From Candidatus Staskawiczbacteria bacterium (GTDB taxonomy: Bacteria > Patescibacteriota > Minisyncoccia > Minisyncoccales > Staskawiczbacteraceae), in assembly GCA_023245155.1 (NCBI GenBank), contig JAHFKV010000001.1, forward strand, positions 139,034 through 203,033: a DNA stretch of 64,000 nt. Reading direction: 5' to 3'. Of the stretch, positions 61,371 through 64,000 are shown in pieces (within the stretch, counting starts at the first letter, position 1; each line of letters begins with the position of its first letter). The notes below the pieces were generated by a model that worked only from the letters and a program-made list of their open reading frames with translations, searched no databases and was not told where the DNA came from. The position numbers and the translations under genes were made by a program.

Positions 61371-61637
61371 TTATTTTGAATTTTTGCCTATAAGTTTTGC
61401 AATCCTGGATTTTTTTCTGGAGGCATTATTTTTTTTAATAATACCAACTTTGGCGGTTTTATCTAAAATTTCATATACTTTTGGCAATAAAGCTTGTGCC
61501 TCTTTTATTTTTTTCTCCGCAACAAAAGCCTTCACTTCTTTTACAAGTGCCTTCATTTTATTAATATAGATAAGGTTTCTTGCCCTTCGGGTTTTGTTTT
61601 GCCTTATCGCTTTTTTCGCTGATTTGATTATGGCCAC
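61371..61637 (-). CDS. rpsT: 30S ribosomal protein S20
   Basis: MAIIKSAKKAIRQNKTRRARN start. 88 aa, basic and helical. Confidence 0.9.
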   Translation of the reverse strand: MAIIKSAKKAIRQNKTRRARNLIYINKMKALVKEVKAFVAEKKIKEAQALLPKVYEILDKTAKVGIIKKNNASRKKSRIAKLIGKNSK

Positions 61638-61692
61638 GTTGGAAACATCATAACAGAAAATATATTATTTTGCAATGCCTCTGTGATTTTTT

Positions 61693-61740
61693 AGAAAAAA
61701 ACAAGCGCGACAAGTGGGACTAGATTCCACTTGTCGCGCT
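61693..61740 (-). terminator. terminator of island E gene
   Basis: agcgcgacaagtgg/ccacttgtcgcgct 14-bp perfect stem, followed on the minus strand by TGTTTTTTTCT. Confidence 0.85.
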
Positions 61741-61769
61741 TCCGTTAGTTTATCGCCTGGGTAGGCGGT

Positions 61770-62489
61770 TTACTTTTTCGCCGGTTGATCCGGCGGCTTC
61801 GGTGCCGGCGGAACGTCGGCTGGCAATGCTCTGCCGTCCGGTGGCGGAGGCGTTTCAGCCTTGGCGTCAGGCGCCGTCGGCTTGCCCATCATTTTGTCTC
61901 GGGCCGCTTTGGCTTCCGCAACTTTCCGCTGCATCTCTGCGAGCTTGCCGGCCGATTCTTCTTTCCCGGCTGCCCTCTTTTGCTCATCCTCTGCGACCTG
62001 GCGTTCTCGCTCCGCGCGCCCAGCTTCCCAATCCGCCTGGCGCTTTTGTTCTGCGGCCGCTTCTGCCTCCGCGGCCTCGGTGCGCTCGTCGTGAGCCTTC
62101 TTGAGCTCATCAACGACGCTCTTGAGTTCGGCGTGACCCTGGCCTCTGGCTTCTATCTCCGCGACCTTGAGGCAGAGATCCCGTAGGACACCTGCCAAAT
62201 CGCCGTCAGCCTCAGCGAGGATGGTGATTTCATCCTCTTGCCTCCTGTCAACTGGGTCCATTTGCAGTGCCTGGTCGGCCATGATCTTTTTCCCTTTCCC
62301 TGTGTAGTGGTGGTGGATGACCTGAATCGTAATTGAGCGACCCGCCGATGATCGCTTTCGCGCCGTCGGCTCTGACTTGGTTTCTGGTTTGGCGTTTTTA
62401 GGACGCCGAGCTTTGCCCTGCCCCTGGTTTTTGGGCGGACTCCGCGGCTTTTTAGAAGCTGCGGACGGCTTCTTTTTTCTGGCGGACAT
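61770..62489 (-). CDS. hypothetical basic / coiled-coil / Pro-rich protein encoded on GC-rich island E
   Basis: 239 aa with a K/R/P-rich N-terminus, an A/E/R coiled-coil centre and a PPAPKPP tail. 43/60 GC in line 61801. Strong SD GAAAGGAGGG 3 nt before the ATG. Confidence 0.5.
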   Translation of the reverse strand: MSARKKKPSAASKKPRSPPKNQGQGKARRPKNAKPETKSEPTARKRSSAGRSITIQVIHHHYTGKGKKIMADQALQMDPVDRRQEDEITILAEADGDLAGVLRDLCLKVAEIEARGQGHAELKSVVDELKKAHDERTEAAEAEAAAEQKRQADWEAGRAERERQVAEDEQKRAAGKEESAGKLAEMQRKVAEAKAARDKMMGKPTAPDAKAETPPPPDGRALPADVPPAPKPPDQPAKK

Positions 62490-62525
62490 AAGCCCTCCTT
62501 TCTTTGTGTAGGTTCTGGATATGAC

Positions 62526-62554
62526 ACCCTATCACGCCTAAACATATTTGTCAA
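62526..62554 (-). promoter_or_regulatory. putative promoter of island E gene (TTGACA-17 nt-TGaTAGGGT)
   Basis: Minus strand: TTGACA (62554-62549), 17-nt spacer, TAGGGT (62531-62526) with an extended-10 TG. Confidence 0.45.
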
Positions 62555-62611
62555 TAGTGACTCTATTCCTGGGGGATGGTAAAGTAATATAATAATGAGG
62601 ACTATAAATGT

Positions 62612-64000
62612 ATGATTCAAGAAACAAAGGTTACTACAAGGGAATCCGGAGATGATAAAAAACCGCTTGATGAAGTAATTGATGCAACTACCAGTCTTGC
62701 CGATACGCAACTGGAAACAATAAAACGACTGACTGCCTTAGAAAAAAAGGCTAAGGAGGGAGCACTATCTAATCAAGGTCAGCTAAAAGAAAGCCGGGGT
62801 TATGATATGACTCCTGAAGACGAGGAGCGGGAAAGACTAGCTGCCGCAGAATACAAAAGACTAAGAGGCGGTAAAGAAGAAGAACCGGTTATGCTTGAGG
62901 TGGCAACCCCAGCTCAGATTTTAAATAAAAAAAGTGAGGATTTGCAAAAGATACAAGAGCAATTAAAAACAGCCAGGCTTCTTGGTGATGTTGAAAGAGA
63001 AGAAGCTTTATTAGAAGAGCGTGATGCAAAGCTTGCTGAGGTAAAAGAGCTTATTGGCGAGGATTTTCAGGAAAAGATCACGGCAAAAACCAAAGAGAGG
63101 TTGGGAGAAAAAGGAATGACTGAGCGGGAGTTTAAAAAGAAAAAAATGCCGGGGATAAAGCGGGAACTGCTAGCGGAAAATAAAATGAATGCGGAAATAA
63201 TTTGTTGCAATTCCGGTCATGGCAAGAAGTTATTTGATTTAGACCAGAAGGATGGCGGAACCAGATTTGAATTTTATATGCAAGAAAAACTCGAAGCTTC
63301 AGGGCTTGATTCAGAAGAGTTTTATGGCATGATTTGCCGGGGCGTGCGGGTTGATCTTTTCCGTGAAAAGGTGGCTTTTTGGCGCAGCGTGGGTAATTTT
63401 GTGACCGGCAACGAAAGCGTGGCCCATAAATATGAAATACCAACGGGGCCTGAGGGACCCGACGAGGTTATTAAACTTTCGGAAAGCGAATTAAAAGCGT
63501 TTTTATTTGATCAGGCAAAAAAACAGGAAGCAGAAATCAAGAAAGAATCTGAAAAAAGATTTTCCCGAAAATTAAGGGAAGGCAAAGCCAGGTTACAGGA
63601 AACAAAGGTTGGGGTTGCCCAAGAAATTATTGATGAAGCGCTGGAAACGGGCCAGGTGGCCAAGGTGGGCAAGGCTGCTGAAAACGTGCCCAAAGAGAGT
63701 GAATATGATGCATTTAAGAAAGATACTCCACCCATTCCTGCTGGGTTTTTTGCCAGTTATGGAGAAAAACTGAAAAAGACGAAAAAAAATGAAAAAGAAA
63801 CAAGGGAGGGTGCCCGGGCAGGACTCAGGGAAAACCTTGGCCTTGATGAAAAAATCAGGATGCAGGAAAGAGCACTGGCAGAGTGCGAAATATTTATCGA
63901 TCAGGAAATTGAAAATAATCCTGATGTAGAAAAAGGAACGTTAACAGCATGGGTGGAAAAATTTGCCACAGATTATGATTTTAGGAAAGAGCAAAAAGAA
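62612..64000 (+). CDS. large hypothetical protein, 3'-truncated by window end (not in ORF track)
   Basis: Open frame from ATG 62612 (GAGGA 12 nt upstream) to the window edge, at least 463 codons. MIQETKVTTRESGDDKK...; K/E-rich; no family recognised. Confidence 0.55.
   Translation, partial: MIQETKVTTRESGDDKKPLDEVIDATTSLADTQLETIKRLTALEKKAKEGALSNQGQLKESRGYDMTPEDEERERLAAAEYKRLRGGKEEEPVMLEVATPAQILNKKSEDLQKIQEQLKTARLLGDVEREEALLEERDAKLAEVKELIGEDFQEKITAKTKERLGEKGMTEREFKKKKMPGIKRELLAENKMNAEIICCNSGHGKKLFDLDQKDGGTRFEFYMQEKLEASGLDSEEFYGMICRGVRVDLFREKVAFWRSVGNFVTGNESVAHKYEIPTGPEGPDEVIKLSESELKAFLFDQAKKQEAEIKKESEKRFSRKLREGKARLQETKVGVAQEIIDEALETGQVAKVGKAAENVPKESEYDAFKKDTPPIPAGFFASYGEKLKKTKKNEKETREGARAGLRENLGLDEKIRMQERALAECEIFIDQEIENNPDVEKGTLTAWVEKFATDYDFRKEQKE

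Noticed and set aside
61785-62186. Multiple overlapping ORFs on both strands inside islands C and E (for example 61785..62186, 61802..62104, 35229..35567, 35272..35634)
   Set aside because: High GC suppresses stop codons in all frames. Only the chosen frame and strand has SD+ATG at one end and a correctly oriented terminator at the other.
1-64000. Prophage, ICE, transposon or defence island
   Set aside because: No integrase, transposase, recombinase, capsid/terminase, restriction-modification or cas-like proteins were recognisable in any listed ORF. The YraN and NYN proteins are common housekeeping-type nucleases in such genomes.

Overview
This 64-kb chromosomal segment looks like a small-genome Patescibacteria/CPR-type bacterium. 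That is an inference from gene content: a short 504-aa IF-2, compact housekeeping genes, T4SS-pilin-like proteins and mostly absent Shine-Dalgarno sequences. Hand-counted ordinary 60-nt lines give about 37-40% GC.

Core content:
- Replication-origin neighbourhood: jag-yidC-rnpA-rpmH diverging from dnaA-dnaN, with perfect TTATCCACA boxes and an AT-rich tract.
- Translation and RNA-turnover genes: rplS, infB, rbfA, nusA, rpsO, pnp, rny, rpsT, cca, rsmA, tsaE.
- Repair and recombination genes: ruvC, ruvB, mutM, holA, a 5'-3' exonuclease.
- Others: clpP, tig, an HtrA-like protease, a membrane pyrophosphatase, PBP1A, a PilB/GspE-like ATPase, ComEA.
- 15 tRNA genes.

Accessory or unusual content:
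1. A compact type-IV-secretion-like module at 35.8-44.4 kb.
2. Five dispersed GC-rich single-gene islands (53-72% GC in hand-counted lines). Each has its own Shine-Dalgarno sequence and GC-hairpin terminator. One looks decayed or non-coding.
3. A four-copy conserved leader motif that ends exactly at three start codons and at the 5' end of tRNA-Val.
4. A four-helix-bundle (23S-rRNA-IVS-protein family) gene enclosed by 35-bp inverted repeats. The same repeat sequence recurs as an in-frame tandem repeat inside rsmA.
5. Two perfect long-loop palindromes.
6. Two ORFs under 60 aa that are missing from the ORF track.

I saw no rRNA, CRISPR array, integrase or transposase.
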